Virus record (IMG/VR): IMGVR_UViG_3300043447_000395
Coordinates: 32,001 to 96,000 of that record
DNA length: 64,000 nucleotides
Reading direction: 5' to 3' (one strand)
From: a virus
Taxonomy: Duplodnaviria > Caudoviricetes
In this document: positions 19,882 through 30,036 of the stretch, one piece after another
Layout: every line of letters starts with the position of its first letter
Numbering within the stretch: the first letter of the stretch is position 1
Program-made: the position numbers and the translations under genes
The notes under the pieces: generated by a model
Told to the model about the DNA's origin: nothing
Database searches by the model: none
The model's input: the letters and a program-made list of their open reading frames with translations, nothing else

Positions 19882-21228
19882 TTATATTATTTTCGCTGGT
19901 CTTGCAAGTTTATTAAACTCATCACTTTTACTAATCTTATCTTCTTGAGTTTCGTAGATTTCGGCGTGATTACCGTTACCCGATTTATCGAAAACTTTAA
20001 AACTTGTTTTCTTTTTAAAATCGTACCACAAATAAAGATTCTCATCATCTTCAACACTACTATGGTAGACTTTCACATCCAATACATCACCATAAAACCA
20101 ACGATGATTATCATTGATACAATGTGGATTACCCGCACCAATAAAAATGTAACTATCAGAATAGTCGTATAGTTTGTATGTTATTTTCTTCTTCTTATAT
20201 AATACGTTATTTACAAACATAGAGAAATTTTTACCTTTCTTTATGACTTTTACTGTTATTGGTGTTGTTAAATCATATTGGTCATGTACAAAAATTTCAT
20301 TTTGAAAAACTTCACCGTTATCATTTATCTCACGCCATGTCCATTTTAAAAAATCTTGTCCGTCATAATTGAATATAAAAATACCCATTGAACCTTCTCT
20401 TGAAATCACACATGAATCTAAACCTTCTGAACTATTAGGTGCCATCGTGAATGTAGTTTCAAAAATGAAATCTTTTTTTAATAGTTCATAACTTTTGGTG
20501 TTAGTTTTACTATTAGTAAACCTATCAACTATGTATGCAACTTTTTCAGTGTTTGGTTCCGTCTTTCTTTTAACCTTAACTTCTTTTACTACTACGGTAG
20601 GTTTGGTTTCGTTTTTAAAAATTTCAGCGTCGATTTTGTTACCTGATTTATCAAATATTTTAGTCGCACTACTGTTTTTAAAATCAAACCACAAATACAA
20701 TGTGTTAATGTTTTCATCACAACTATCGTATATTTTAATATCATGAATTTCACCATTAAACCAACCATAGTGCCCTTCTGGATTGTTAGGATTTGAAACA
20801 CCGATAAACATAGACTTGTCAGAATAATCAAACAAATCAAATTTTATATGTTTAGTTTCATAGAATTCATTGTTCACATACAAATTGAATGACTTATCTT
20901 TTTTAATGACTTTTACATTTGTAGATTCAAATAAATCATATTTTTTATGTACAAAAATTTCGTTATAGATGTGATTCTTTTCATTATCAACTTCCCACCA
21001 CACCCATTTGATGAAATTCTCATCATTAAAATTATAAAGGTATATACCCATATTATACCCTTCTCTTGATATAATACAACTTTCTCCTTCATTTGGTTTG
21101 TTTGCAACTAAATTAAATGTTGATTCAAATATAAAGTCGTCGGTAGTTATCAAGTCGTAACTATCGTTATTTGAATCGTTTTCCATTACACGATTTATTA
21201 TGTATGCCTTTTTGTTTTTGAATATCAT
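19882..21228 (-). CDS. Tandem LamG/concanavalin A-like domain protein
   Basis: Two repeats (DFIFExTF, SCxISREG, FIG..NP, WFxGxI.DxKxY, DKSGN); start moved to the ATGA overlap at 21228. Confidence 0.65.
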   Translation of the reverse strand: MIFKNKKAYIINRVMENDSNNDSYDLITTDDFIFESTFNLVANKPNEGESCIISREGYNMGIYLYNFNDENFIKWVWWEVDNEKNHIYNEIFVHKKYDLFESTNVKVIKKDKSFNLYVNNEFYETKHIKFDLFDYSDKSMFIGVSNPNNPEGHYGWFNGEIHDIKIYDSCDENINTLYLWFDFKNSSATKIFDKSGNKIDAEIFKNETKPTVVVKEVKVKRKTEPNTEKVAYIVDRFTNSKTNTKSYELLKKDFIFETTFTMAPNSSEGLDSCVISREGSMGIFIFNYDGQDFLKWTWREINDNGEVFQNEIFVHDQYDLTTPITVKVIKKGKNFSMFVNNVLYKKKKITYKLYDYSDSYIFIGAGNPHCINDNHRWFYGDVLDVKVYHSSVEDDENLYLWYDFKKKTSFKVFDKSGNGNHAEIYETQEDKISKSDEFNKLARPAKII

Positions 21229-22616
21229 AGTTCTCCACATTTATGGTAAAATTCCTCCAATTCAGGAAAAGTTTTACAGAAGTTGGTATTTCTTCTAATG
21301 TCATGTTCGGTAATAAACTTATAAAAATCTTTCCGATTTGTATTAATCATTTTATTACCTTCTGACGAAGTAAACCAATCTTTTATTCTTAAAATTTTAT
21401 TTATTTCTATATCAGTAAATCCGTGACCATCCACAACACCAGTTCTTACTTGTTCATAAAAATCAACCAGTTTTGCTTGTTCATCAATCGCGGTGACCCA
21501 ACTTTCATCTAATATTTTAACTGTTTGGTGTTCAGGAAATCTTAAGTATGAGGAATCTAATAATAATGATGACCCCCAATATCTCGATGGATTATGGTGT
21601 CTTCTCTTTAATTCTGCAACATCCTCAATTAGATATTTGTAATTCGGAACTGACAACGCATTGTACGTTGACATAATATCAATTGTAAGTGGTTTAAATT
21701 TATCCAATAAGAAATCTACCCTCTCTTTGAATAACTTATATTCAAAACCATTTCTGATGTATTCCGCTTGGGGTCCCCAAGTGTCACAAGAAGTGAAGAT
21801 GATAAATTCATGAACTAATTCTTGGTCTAGTATTATTTCAATTTTCTTAACAAATTCATCAAATAACTTTTTTGGGATACCTAAATTACTATTAATACAT
21901 AAACTCAATTTTTTATTTGGGTTTGGTGTTTTAATAATGTAATCTAATATCTTAAACGTATCTTTATTTAATAACGGTTCTCCTCCTGTGATTCTAAACG
22001 TATGTAGGTCTTGATACATTTCAGGCCACCATTTCCAAAACGCGTCAACATATGGATTTTTTTCTGAAGCCAAATACGGCATCGTATCCTCCTTCTTAAA
22101 CCATTCAACGTCGTTATAATTTGTGCTTGTTTTATAGGGTCCGTGAGTATTAATTTCTTCCATCCATTTAGACGAATACTGCGGACCACAATACGAACAC
22201 TTAAAATTACAAGTATTGGAAAAACTTACCTCAACGTATTTTGGATTGTAATTCTTTTTCCAACCAGATTTTAATATATCTTCAAAGTAAGGTGCTGACC
22301 ATGGTTCTGCAGATTTTAAAGTTCTATCAGAAAATGCATATGATGCATTTTCAATATTCCAACAATAATCACACTCCTCAGGTCTTTTATCCTCCAACAT
22401 TTCTTTACGAATCTGTTTCTTAAAATTCGTATTATGTAATGCTGTTGGGTTGGTTAATATTTCATCTAACGGGATTTTATGTGGTTTAGGGTGGTGACAA
22501 GAATGGGTTGTTCCATTGTGTAAGTGCATGGTAACTTGAGTCCATTTTGCCAAACAGAACCCACATCCCACCATGTTTATCTTATCTCGTGTGTTATGAA
22601 ATACGTCGTTTAACAT
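21225..22616 (-). CDS. Radical SAM protein with N-terminal twitch-like domain (paralog)
   Basis: CGFCLAKW, SCHHP, CDYCW, CNFKCSYC, TGGEP. Confidence 0.88.
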   Translation of the reverse strand: MLNDVFHNTRDKINMVGCGFCLAKWTQVTMHLHNGTTHSCHHPKPHKIPLDEILTNPTALHNTNFKKQIRKEMLEDKRPEECDYCWNIENASYAFSDRTLKSAEPWSAPYFEDILKSGWKKNYNPKYVEVSFSNTCNFKCSYCGPQYSSKWMEEINTHGPYKTSTNYNDVEWFKKEDTMPYLASEKNPYVDAFWKWWPEMYQDLHTFRITGGEPLLNKDTFKILDYIIKTPNPNKKLSLCINSNLGIPKKLFDEFVKKIEIILDQELVHEFIIFTSCDTWGPQAEYIRNGFEYKLFKERVDFLLDKFKPLTIDIMSTYNALSVPNYKYLIEDVAELKRRHHNPSRYWGSSLLLDSSYLRFPEHQTVKILDESWVTAIDEQAKLVDFYEQVRTGVVDGHGFTDIEINKILRIKDWFTSSEGNKMINTNRKDFYKFITEHDIRRNTNFCKTFPELEEFYHKCGEL

Positions 22617-23209
22617 TCTAATATTTTATGGTGTAAGAAATTTAAATTTCCTGTTTTATCAATTGATTTATTAAAAATAATATCGTCACAAGTGTGATGT
22701 GCTAATAATTTCGATTTCTCGTAAACTTTAAATTCATGTAAATAAAGTTCGGTACTGTTTGAGGTGTCGTCAACATGTGAATAACTATTTGCGCCAAAAA
22801 CTATACATGGATTTGATTCAATGAATAGACCTAATTTTTCCAAACTTAAATCTAATTGTACTTCATCATTAATGTAGATTGTTAAAGATTTTTTAGGAAC
22901 ATGAATCATCTTTAAATCAATTTCAACACCATCATGTATACTAAATGGAAATTGATAAAACTGTGACGATTCATCTTCATATCTTACCGTGAAGAACAAC
23001 ATATTTTTATGCACATCCAAACCACAATACTTTGGTAATATGGTAAATATGGTTGCGTTTTTATCTAAAGTATCTAATAACGTGAGTTTCATTTCTATTT
23101 TGAAATTGTACTCACCACTTAAAACCTTAGTTGCGGGATTTTCAGGAAAAGTATCACATAAAACCGATGGATAAAATATCCAAGGGCTATATTTTTTTAT
23201 ATGTATCAT
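22610..23209 (-). CDS. LamG-like domain protein (single, divergent)
   Basis: Beta-rich; LTIYIND, IVFGAN, EFKVY and DKTGN resemble the 19882 repeats. Confidence 0.5.
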   Translation of the reverse strand: MIHIKKYSPWIFYPSVLCDTFPENPATKVLSGEYNFKIEMKLTLLDTLDKNATIFTILPKYCGLDVHKNMLFFTVRYEDESSQFYQFPFSIHDGVEIDLKMIHVPKKSLTIYINDEVQLDLSLEKLGLFIESNPCIVFGANSYSHVDDTSNSTELYLHEFKVYEKSKLLAHHTCDDIIFNKSIDKTGNLNFLHHKILEC

Positions 23210-24581
23210 AAAATTTCTTTAATTCAGGAAACGTTTTAACAAAATTGGTGTCCCTTCTTTTATCTAACTCATCGACAAATTTCACAAAGTCTTTTCTATT
23301 TTTCTCAACATCAAAATCATCTTCGTGAATTGCATAATCGTACAATCTCTTTATTTTCTGAATTTCGGTGTTTGAGAATCCGTATGATCCTTGAACAAAT
23401 TCGGTCATACCATAATATAACGCTTTTTTCGCAGATTCCAAAATCAACTCCTTATGTTTCTTATCTAAAATTTTAACCGATAGATGAGAAGGATATCTCA
23501 AATATGCGGTGTCTAGTTGAATCGCCGAAATCCAATATCTCTGACTATTCGCATATTTCTTTTTCGCTTTGAATACTCTTTCTATTAAGTCACTATATGT
23601 GAAAACTGAAAGTGCGTTATATGTTGACATGATGTTAATCGTAACTTTAGGTAATAACGTTAGAATTTTCTCTACGTTACTCCAAAATTTTTCATAATCC
23701 AAACCATTCCTTGTATACTCAGCTTGTTTACCTACCGCCTCAACCGATGTAAAGATAATTAATTCTCTAACTTTATTATTATCGGATAGGTCTTTAGCAA
23801 TTTCAATAAACCTGTCAATAATTGAATCAGGTGACCCTAAATTTGTATTAATAGCTAATGATATGTTAGGGTTAATGTCAGAATGCTCTTGGATGTATTC
23901 TAAGACCTTAAATGTGTCCTTTGCTAATAACGGTTCTCCACCAGTAATTCGGAACGTGTGTAGGTCTTTAAAGAGGTCAGGCCACCATTCCCAAAACGCA
24001 TCAACATATGGATTGTGTTCTGATTGTTTATACGGCATTTCATTCTTAGCTCTTAAATCGTCAACACTATTGTATCGATAACTTAAATCATAGTGTCCGT
24101 GTTTCTCAACTTCCTCCACCCACTTTGAGGAGTACTGCGGTCCACAATATGCACATTTAAAATTACACGTATTTGAAAATGAAACCTCAACATATCGTGG
24201 GTTGTAATCTTCTCTCCAATTAGATTTAGATATTGTGTCGAATTGGTTTAATGACCATGGTTCTGTTGATTTAAAAACCCTATCAGAAAAAGAATTCGAA
24301 CTATCCTCAATATTCCAACAGTAATTACATTCAGAAGGTCTTTTACCTTCTAACATTTGTTTTCTTTTGTCTTTTTTGAATGTTGTATTGTGAAGTGCAG
24401 ATGGGTTTCTCTTTAATTCGCTTAATGGAATTTTGTGTTGAACTGGATGGTGACACGAATGTGTTAAACCTGCACCCAAATGGATTGTTACTTGAGTCCA
24501 TTTTGCCAAACAGAATCCACATCCTACACTATCTAATTTATCTTTAGTTTTTTGAAACTCTTGTATGTTATTATCTGACAT
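23187..24581 (-). CDS. Radical SAM protein with N-terminal twitch-like domain (paralog)
   Basis: CGFCLAKW, SCHHP, CNYCW, CNFKCAYC, TGGEP. Confidence 0.88.
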   Translation of the reverse strand: MSDNNIQEFQKTKDKLDSVGCGFCLAKWTQVTIHLGAGLTHSCHHPVQHKIPLSELKRNPSALHNTTFKKDKRKQMLEGKRPSECNYCWNIEDSSNSFSDRVFKSTEPWSLNQFDTISKSNWREDYNPRYVEVSFSNTCNFKCAYCGPQYSSKWVEEVEKHGHYDLSYRYNSVDDLRAKNEMPYKQSEHNPYVDAFWEWWPDLFKDLHTFRITGGEPLLAKDTFKVLEYIQEHSDINPNISLAINTNLGSPDSIIDRFIEIAKDLSDNNKVRELIIFTSVEAVGKQAEYTRNGLDYEKFWSNVEKILTLLPKVTINIMSTYNALSVFTYSDLIERVFKAKKKYANSQRYWISAIQLDTAYLRYPSHLSVKILDKKHKELILESAKKALYYGMTEFVQGSYGFSNTEIQKIKRLYDYAIHEDDFDVEKNRKDFVKFVDELDKRRDTNFVKTFPELKKFYDTYKKI

Positions 24582-24590
24582 GTCTTAATT

Positions 24591-25997
24591 TTATAAAGTT
24601 ACGTTAATCATAGTTACGTTACCTTCGTAAGATACACTATTTATTTCGTATTTTAAACTATTCATACCTTCATTTTTATAGTCAATTTTACCTTGTTGCA
24701 TCTTTGTGACAAACCTTTTCTCGTTCTTCGCAGTGGTTTCCCCTTTGACCCACTTACCATCCACAAAACCTTCATCTTTATGTTCCATACAAAAGAATCT
24801 ACCTTCTCTTCTTTGGGGTATTAGGTTTTGGGTTACGTCAAAACTTTCGTTTTCAATTTCCACATCATATCCCCAACCTGATGTTTCATTAACGTTATTC
24901 ATAAAACCGTTTGAAAAATCACAATCAAAAATTAAACCGTCGTTGGTGTTAAATGTGTCTTCGACTTTATCAATAAATTTGTTAAAGATTTTAACATGAC
25001 CAATTTTACCTTTGTAAAATGTAAATGTTTCATTACAGAAACCAATTATAAATGGTTCGGTATAATTATGTTTCATCAATTCTTCACCAACAATAAAAGG
25101 TTTGTTCTCTTTACTACCACTTCTATTTGTAACTAATTCGTCATTTACATAGAAATACATTTCCTTCGTTTCATTGTTGAATGACATAGTAATCCAAGTC
25201 CATTCATTTTCAAACTTCTTAGCATAGTTGTAATGGTTGTTCTTTTTAATATCAAACATACTCATGTTAACTGAACGTGAGTTATTAAACGATAATCCCC
25301 AAGTCCAACTACCCTTTTTCCTAATTAATGGGTATTCAACGAATTTTCTTTTCTCATCACCGACTAACCAAATAGGTACTTTACCTGGTTGTTGTTCCGC
25401 ATTAAATAAGATTGATATGGTGTGATTGTTGCTTAAACATTCTGTCAATTCTTGATTTGTTGAGAATAGAGAAAACGATTTTTTACCGTCAAAAACCGCA
25501 ACCGGTTTATTGTTATATGATTTAAAAATTGAGTTATTTGAATATCCCTCGAAATGGCACCTCCAAAACAAATCATCATCTTCCTGACCCCAATCCCAAT
25601 ATTCATTAGAGTATCCGTTTGTTCTTTCCATTTGTTCTTTGGTAAACAAAACAACACCTCCAAAGTATTGATCATAACCTAATGTATATCCATATTTTGA
25701 CAATTTGGTTGCAATATGTACAGGATGTTTATCAGGATAAGAATAGTCACACTCTTCAAATGGAACCATATCAACATCATGCCAAGCAATGTAGTCACAC
25801 CCGTCTTCAAATGCATGTTTTGCTGCAATATTTTTCATGGCACCTCTGTTGAATAGTTTATCATCAACTTGATGTGCAACATAAAATTGATGTTCTATTC
25901 CTTGTTTATTTAAGTGTTCAGTTAGTGCAGGTACTAAAGCATCCAAATGATTCTTCCTGTTTCTATACGGTATACAAATACCTAATTTATGACTCAT
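24591..25997 (-). CDS. GT7 (beta-1,4-galactosyltransferase-like) glycosyltransferase with inserted LamG domain
   Basis: IPYRNR, FNRG, HDVD, YFGGV, NGYSNEYWDWGQEDDD, then LamG-like block, then C-terminal H...GMNSLKY. Confidence 0.85.
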   Translation of the reverse strand: MSHKLGICIPYRNRKNHLDALVPALTEHLNKQGIEHQFYVAHQVDDKLFNRGAMKNIAAKHAFEDGCDYIAWHDVDMVPFEECDYSYPDKHPVHIATKLSKYGYTLGYDQYFGGVVLFTKEQMERTNGYSNEYWDWGQEDDDLFWRCHFEGYSNNSIFKSYNNKPVAVFDGKKSFSLFSTNQELTECLSNNHTISILFNAEQQPGKVPIWLVGDEKRKFVEYPLIRKKGSWTWGLSFNNSRSVNMSMFDIKKNNHYNYAKKFENEWTWITMSFNNETKEMYFYVNDELVTNRSGSKENKPFIVGEELMKHNYTEPFIIGFCNETFTFYKGKIGHVKIFNKFIDKVEDTFNTNDGLIFDCDFSNGFMNNVNETSGWGYDVEIENESFDVTQNLIPQRREGRFFCMEHKDEGFVDGKWVKGETTAKNEKRFVTKMQQGKIDYKNEGMNSLKYEINSVSYEGNVTMINVTL

Positions 25998-27439
25998 ATT
26001 CCAACATTTATATGTGTAAAATTTTTGTTTATTATATTGACACCGTATTCAATAAATTGTAATGTTGATAATCCATCATTATACAATAAATCATCATTTA
26101 GTGAAACTTCATTAAGGAATCTTAATTGATTCCATCTCGTTGCTTGGTCTTTCCATTTATTTTCTACAAAACCATTTTCCATGTGAGGCATTAAACTAAA
26201 CAACGACTTTCTTCTATGTGGTATTTTTACATATAAAATATCATCCATTTTAAAATTAATCATCTCACAGTTCACAATTTCACCATCGTTATTGTTATTA
26301 GTTAAATCAACTAATTTATAATCTTTAATTTTAGATGCATCGTAATATAACTTCAATGAGGATGATGAATTATAATCACCATAATTTTTTGTTAATTGAT
26401 TATCAAAATTATTAGAAATTTCAAATACCTCTTTTTCATTTAATGCGGAATTCCAATGTGCAAATAAATCAATATATCCTTTGAAATATTTTTCGCCGTT
26501 TTCATCTACATATTTTAAAAACTTTCTATTTGGGTCACCTACACCTAAATAAAAGTGTTCTTCGTTTTTGTAGTTATATATGTTTTTAAAATCAACATCA
26601 CCGATTTTTAAACCATCTTGGTAAACAGTAATTTTATGTGTGTCGTAATCTATCGTAACACACATATTTGTTTTATAATTAGGTTTGATTTTTGAATTCA
26701 CATATAAGACGTTGTTGTCTTTATCAAATGTACAAAAATTATATCTTGAGAATGAATTGTATGAAATTGCAAAATCATGCCCTGGTATCGAAAAAACATT
26801 ATAATTGTCGGTAGAACTTAAATGATTACATATTAATTTCTCCGGATAAAATGAAATGAAGAATGTGTTATTTCCGTTTAAGTCGAAATTGTTTTTTCCT
26901 TTAACATATGCATTAATTCCATTGAATTTTAACGATTTACTTTTTGGTCTTAAGTTTTTTAATTCCAAAGTGTCTAATTCTAATTCATGTTTTTTACATC
27001 TATAAAGTAAATCAGTATCCTCAAATCCCCATCCCCAATACTTGTTTGAATAACCGTCTATTTTTTTAAAGTCTTCGACCGTAAACATGGTAACTCCGCC
27101 GAAATATTCTTCAAAGGTTTCTTTAGGTTTTTCGTCTCTATCAAAATATTGAAAATCGGTGGCCATGTGTAATGGTTTATCTGAGTAACTATAGTCAACC
27201 GATATTGGGACCATGTCAACATCATGAAAAACAACGTAATCACATTTCATTTTTTCTGCATAAGTAAATCCAATATTAAGAAGTGAACCTCTATTGAATT
27301 GTTTTGCGTCATCTTGGTCAATAACAAAAACATGATAAGGAATTCCCAAGTTTTCTAAATAAAATTTAAGATTTCTTGAGAATTCCCTAAGTTGATTTTT
27401 TCTATTTCGATAAGGTACTATTATACCTAATTTTTTCAT
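25994..27439 (-). CDS. GT7 glycosyltransferase with inserted LamG domain (paralog)
   Basis: VPYRNR, FNRGSLLNIG, HDVD, YFGGV, GYSNKYWGWGFEDTD, LamG-like block, DGLSTLQF. Confidence 0.85.
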   Translation of the reverse strand: MKKLGIIVPYRNRKNQLREFSRNLKFYLENLGIPYHVFVIDQDDAKQFNRGSLLNIGFTYAEKMKCDYVVFHDVDMVPISVDYSYSDKPLHMATDFQYFDRDEKPKETFEEYFGGVTMFTVEDFKKIDGYSNKYWGWGFEDTDLLYRCKKHELELDTLELKNLRPKSKSLKFNGINAYVKGKNNFDLNGNNTFFISFYPEKLICNHLSSTDNYNVFSIPGHDFAISYNSFSRYNFCTFDKDNNVLYVNSKIKPNYKTNMCVTIDYDTHKITVYQDGLKIGDVDFKNIYNYKNEEHFYLGVGDPNRKFLKYVDENGEKYFKGYIDLFAHWNSALNEKEVFEISNNFDNQLTKNYGDYNSSSSLKLYYDASKIKDYKLVDLTNNNNDGEIVNCEMINFKMDDILYVKIPHRRKSLFSLMPHMENGFVENKWKDQATRWNQLRFLNEVSLNDDLLYNDGLSTLQFIEYGVNIINKNFTHINVGI

Positions 27440-27651
27440 TTATCTTCGGTTTTGTCTTTGTACACGTCATCAACAAGATACTTCTTGTAATATTCATGTA
27501 GATAAAATTGTAATCTTTCGCTCCATTCATTTTTATCAATTTCTTCAAACCAAATGGTTAATGAATCAAGTGAATTACCAATTTTTTCGAGGGCTTTAAT
27601 TTTTCTTAATTCTAAATCGAATTGTTGTTTTTCTTTTTCTTCCTTTGTCAT
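27436..27651 (-). CDS. Hypothetical protein
   Basis: ATGA overlaps with both neighbours. Confidence 0.65.
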   Translation of the reverse strand: MTKEEKEKQQFDLELRKIKALEKIGNSLDSLTIWFEEIDKNEWSERLQFYLHEYYKKYLVDDVYKDKTEDK

Positions 27652-28499
27652 ATAGATTTTATTTTATTTATCAAATAATTCCATTGTCTATATCCGTTAT
27701 ATTCGGGATATATTAATCCTTTTTCAAACATGAAATCGGGGTTGTCTAAGTTTATTTTGAATTTTGTTTTAAGTAATGATTTGAACATTCTTGAATATTC
27801 GTCTGAATATGAATAATCTTGTTTGACATTTGCAACTTCTCGTATTCTGTCAATTGCAGTTTTGTCCCATTTAAAATGGTGAACTTGTACCGTTTTAGAA
27901 GGATGTATTAAAGGATGATTCCATCCTTGCCATCTCCATGTTGTTTGACCATTTATCTTCGCATAATGTTGTCCATTGGTGATTTCAATATAACCTTTAA
28001 CAACACAAATTTTATTTGGACAAGCTTCACTCATTGGATACCTAAAAAATCCAGCATTTGGGTATTGTTCCCAAATCGATATGTCATTTTGTAATTCAAC
28101 GAATTCACCGTTCTCACCAATCCTATCAATAAATCCTCCTCTTACAATATCCCAACCATTTATTTCACATTCTTTGATTAATGTTTTTAGATTATTTTCG
28201 GGATATAAATGAAATTCGTCAATGTCGGCAATAACCCACCAATCATTGGGATGTTTTGATTTAATAAAATTATATAGACCTGTAACCTTCTCCCAATCAA
28301 ATACTCTACTTTTAATTGTGTGAGCAATTTTAACATTATTAAAATCCTTAATAATGTCTCTAACTTCATAATTAATCGTTGGATTGACATCCGATTCATA
28401 AACAATGATGTTTATTTCATCGACATGACTTTTATAATGATTTATAAAATGAGTGAGTAAATTTGAACCGTGACCAATAACTGTTAATAGACGAATCAT
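27648..28499 (-). CDS. GT-A fold glycosyltransferase (GT2/GT92-like)
   Basis: HFINHY, WWVIADIDEF (DxD), GQH, HHFKW. Confidence 0.7.
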   Translation of the reverse strand: MIRLLTVIGHGSNLLTHFINHYKSHVDEINIIVYESDVNPTINYEVRDIIKDFNNVKIAHTIKSRVFDWEKVTGLYNFIKSKHPNDWWVIADIDEFHLYPENNLKTLIKECEINGWDIVRGGFIDRIGENGEFVELQNDISIWEQYPNAGFFRYPMSEACPNKICVVKGYIEITNGQHYAKINGQTTWRWQGWNHPLIHPSKTVQVHHFKWDKTAIDRIREVANVKQDYSYSDEYSRMFKSLLKTKFKINLDNPDFMFEKGLIYPEYNGYRQWNYLINKIKSI

Positions 28500-28546
28500 A
28501 CATATAATATAATTAAATTTGTCTAAAAAATCAAATTCTTCTTATA

Positions 28547-29308
28547 TTATTTTTTTCTAATAATAGTAATTCCGGTTGATGATGGTTTGTTTTTAACTAT
28601 ACCGTGATTAAATAGATTAATCTTTTCCCAAACATTAGTGTCAATCTCTTGAACAAACTTTATTGGTCCTGTCCAATCGTCGTGATCGCCTCTATCCTTA
28701 ACTTCTTGGGTTATAATGAAATTGTCAGCATAATTGGGGTCAGTGTCGTGTATTGAAACGATACCATTTGGTGATAATAGTTGTGTGTACAATTCAAAAT
28801 CTTCTTTAACACTTTCGTAACTATGTCCAGCATCAATATGTAGATAATCGATTTGTATTTCTTGTTTTACAAAGAAATTATAGAAAGCGTCTTCGGTTGT
28901 TGTGTTTAATATCCTCGGAGAGTAAACTCTTCTAAAAAATGATTCTTCGTTCATCCAATTAACCTGACCTCCAATTCCATTCGCAGCATCGACTATGTAT
29001 GTGGTACCAATATCACCCCAATTAATGTCACGAGTTCCCTCAAATATCTTTTGTGAATGTAAATCTAATCTTGCTTGTGTCATAATACGAGGTATAAATC
29101 CTCCACCACTACCTAAACATACACAAACCTTTGCTCTCATGTATTGAATAAGTGAATAAACAATTAAACCGTCACCTAAGTGTAGGTCAGTTGCACCGTG
29201 TGACCATCTATATGGTACGTTAACTAATTTTTCATCACCAACTTCATCAAATTCAACATTGTTGGTGATTTCACATCTTATAAATTCTTGATTAGTAATC
29301 ATATTCAA
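28547..29308 (-). CDS. Class I SAM-dependent methyltransferase (Methyltransf_24-like)
   Basis: LGSGGG, IDYLHIDAGHSYESVKEDF, GIVSIHD. Confidence 0.8.
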   Translation of the reverse strand: MNMITNQEFIRCEITNNVEFDEVGDEKLVNVPYRWSHGATDLHLGDGLIVYSLIQYMRAKVCVCLGSGGGFIPRIMTQARLDLHSQKIFEGTRDINWGDIGTTYIVDAANGIGGQVNWMNEESFFRRVYSPRILNTTTEDAFYNFFVKQEIQIDYLHIDAGHSYESVKEDFELYTQLLSPNGIVSIHDTDPNYADNFIITQEVKDRGDHDDWTGPIKFVQEIDTNVWEKINLFNHGIVKNKPSSTGITIIRKK

Positions 29309-30000
29309 TTAGTGTTATCGATTTTATCTTTAATTAACGTATATAACTCATTGTCTCTCTGTATTTGTACACCACATATTCTTGCGGATATTTGAATTGA
29401 TATTCCTTCGCCCGAACCGACAACAGTTTTTCTCCCACTAATCACATCACACGACTCCTTAATGACTTGTAACTTCTCGTACATTTGATAGAAATTATCT
29501 TTTAACCCTTCTTTATTAAAAACTAAGAAGTACTCGTAAATCGTCTCTAAATCACCATATTGTGGGTATATTTTTTGTAAATATGTTTTATAATTCAACC
29601 AATCAACATCATCAGGATTCATTTGAATATCTTTCACATACTCTTTTCTAATTTTATGCCCTAATAAGGTTTCAACATACGAAATTCCTTTTTGGTAAGG
29701 GTAATTATTTAATTGATTAACAAATGAATAATCAGATATTAAAGTATCCGCATCGATTATGATTGAGATATTGTGTTGTTTTAATATTTCCTTAACCAAT
29801 ATTATTTTATCATGATATGATTTAAGACGTCTATTGTAATCTATCAGTCTAATGTTAGTATTCGATGTGAATTGATTTGGTTCGTCAGTTAACACATAAC
29901 ACTTGATTCCCATATCATTTAAATGTGTTAATTTGTTTTTAGTTTTAGTAAAATAAGACTCATCCCCAAAACACATTATACCTATGGCAATATTACTCAT
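29305..30000 (-). CDS. Hypothetical protein, possible GT-A glycosyltransferase
   Basis: YVLTD, IIIDAD (DxD), position in the cluster. Confidence 0.45.
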   Translation of the reverse strand: MSNIAIGIMCFGDESYFTKTKNKLTHLNDMGIKCYVLTDEPNQFTSNTNIRLIDYNRRLKSYHDKIILVKEILKQHNISIIIDADTLISDYSFVNQLNNYPYQKGISYVETLLGHKIRKEYVKDIQMNPDDVDWLNYKTYLQKIYPQYGDLETIYEYFLVFNKEGLKDNFYQMYEKLQVIKESCDVISGRKTVVGSGEGISIQISARICGVQIQRDNELYTLIKDKIDNTN

Positions 30001-30036
30001 AGGTATAATATAGATAAAAATTAAGAAAAAAACAAA

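Noticed and set aside
49-29000. Short opposite-strand or nested ORFs in the ORF track (e.g. 49..231, 1192..1449, 1835..2164, 18737..19087)
   Set aside because: They lie within longer genes that have recognisable motifs and show no independent features
1-30000. Bacterial LPS/capsule locus or eukaryotic giant-virus origin
   Set aside because: No wzx, wzy, wzm, wzt or priming transferase; bacterial-type sigma, NusG, overlapping operons and intrinsic terminators, together with fibre genes, fit a bacteriophage better, although hallmark capsid and terminase genes are outside the window
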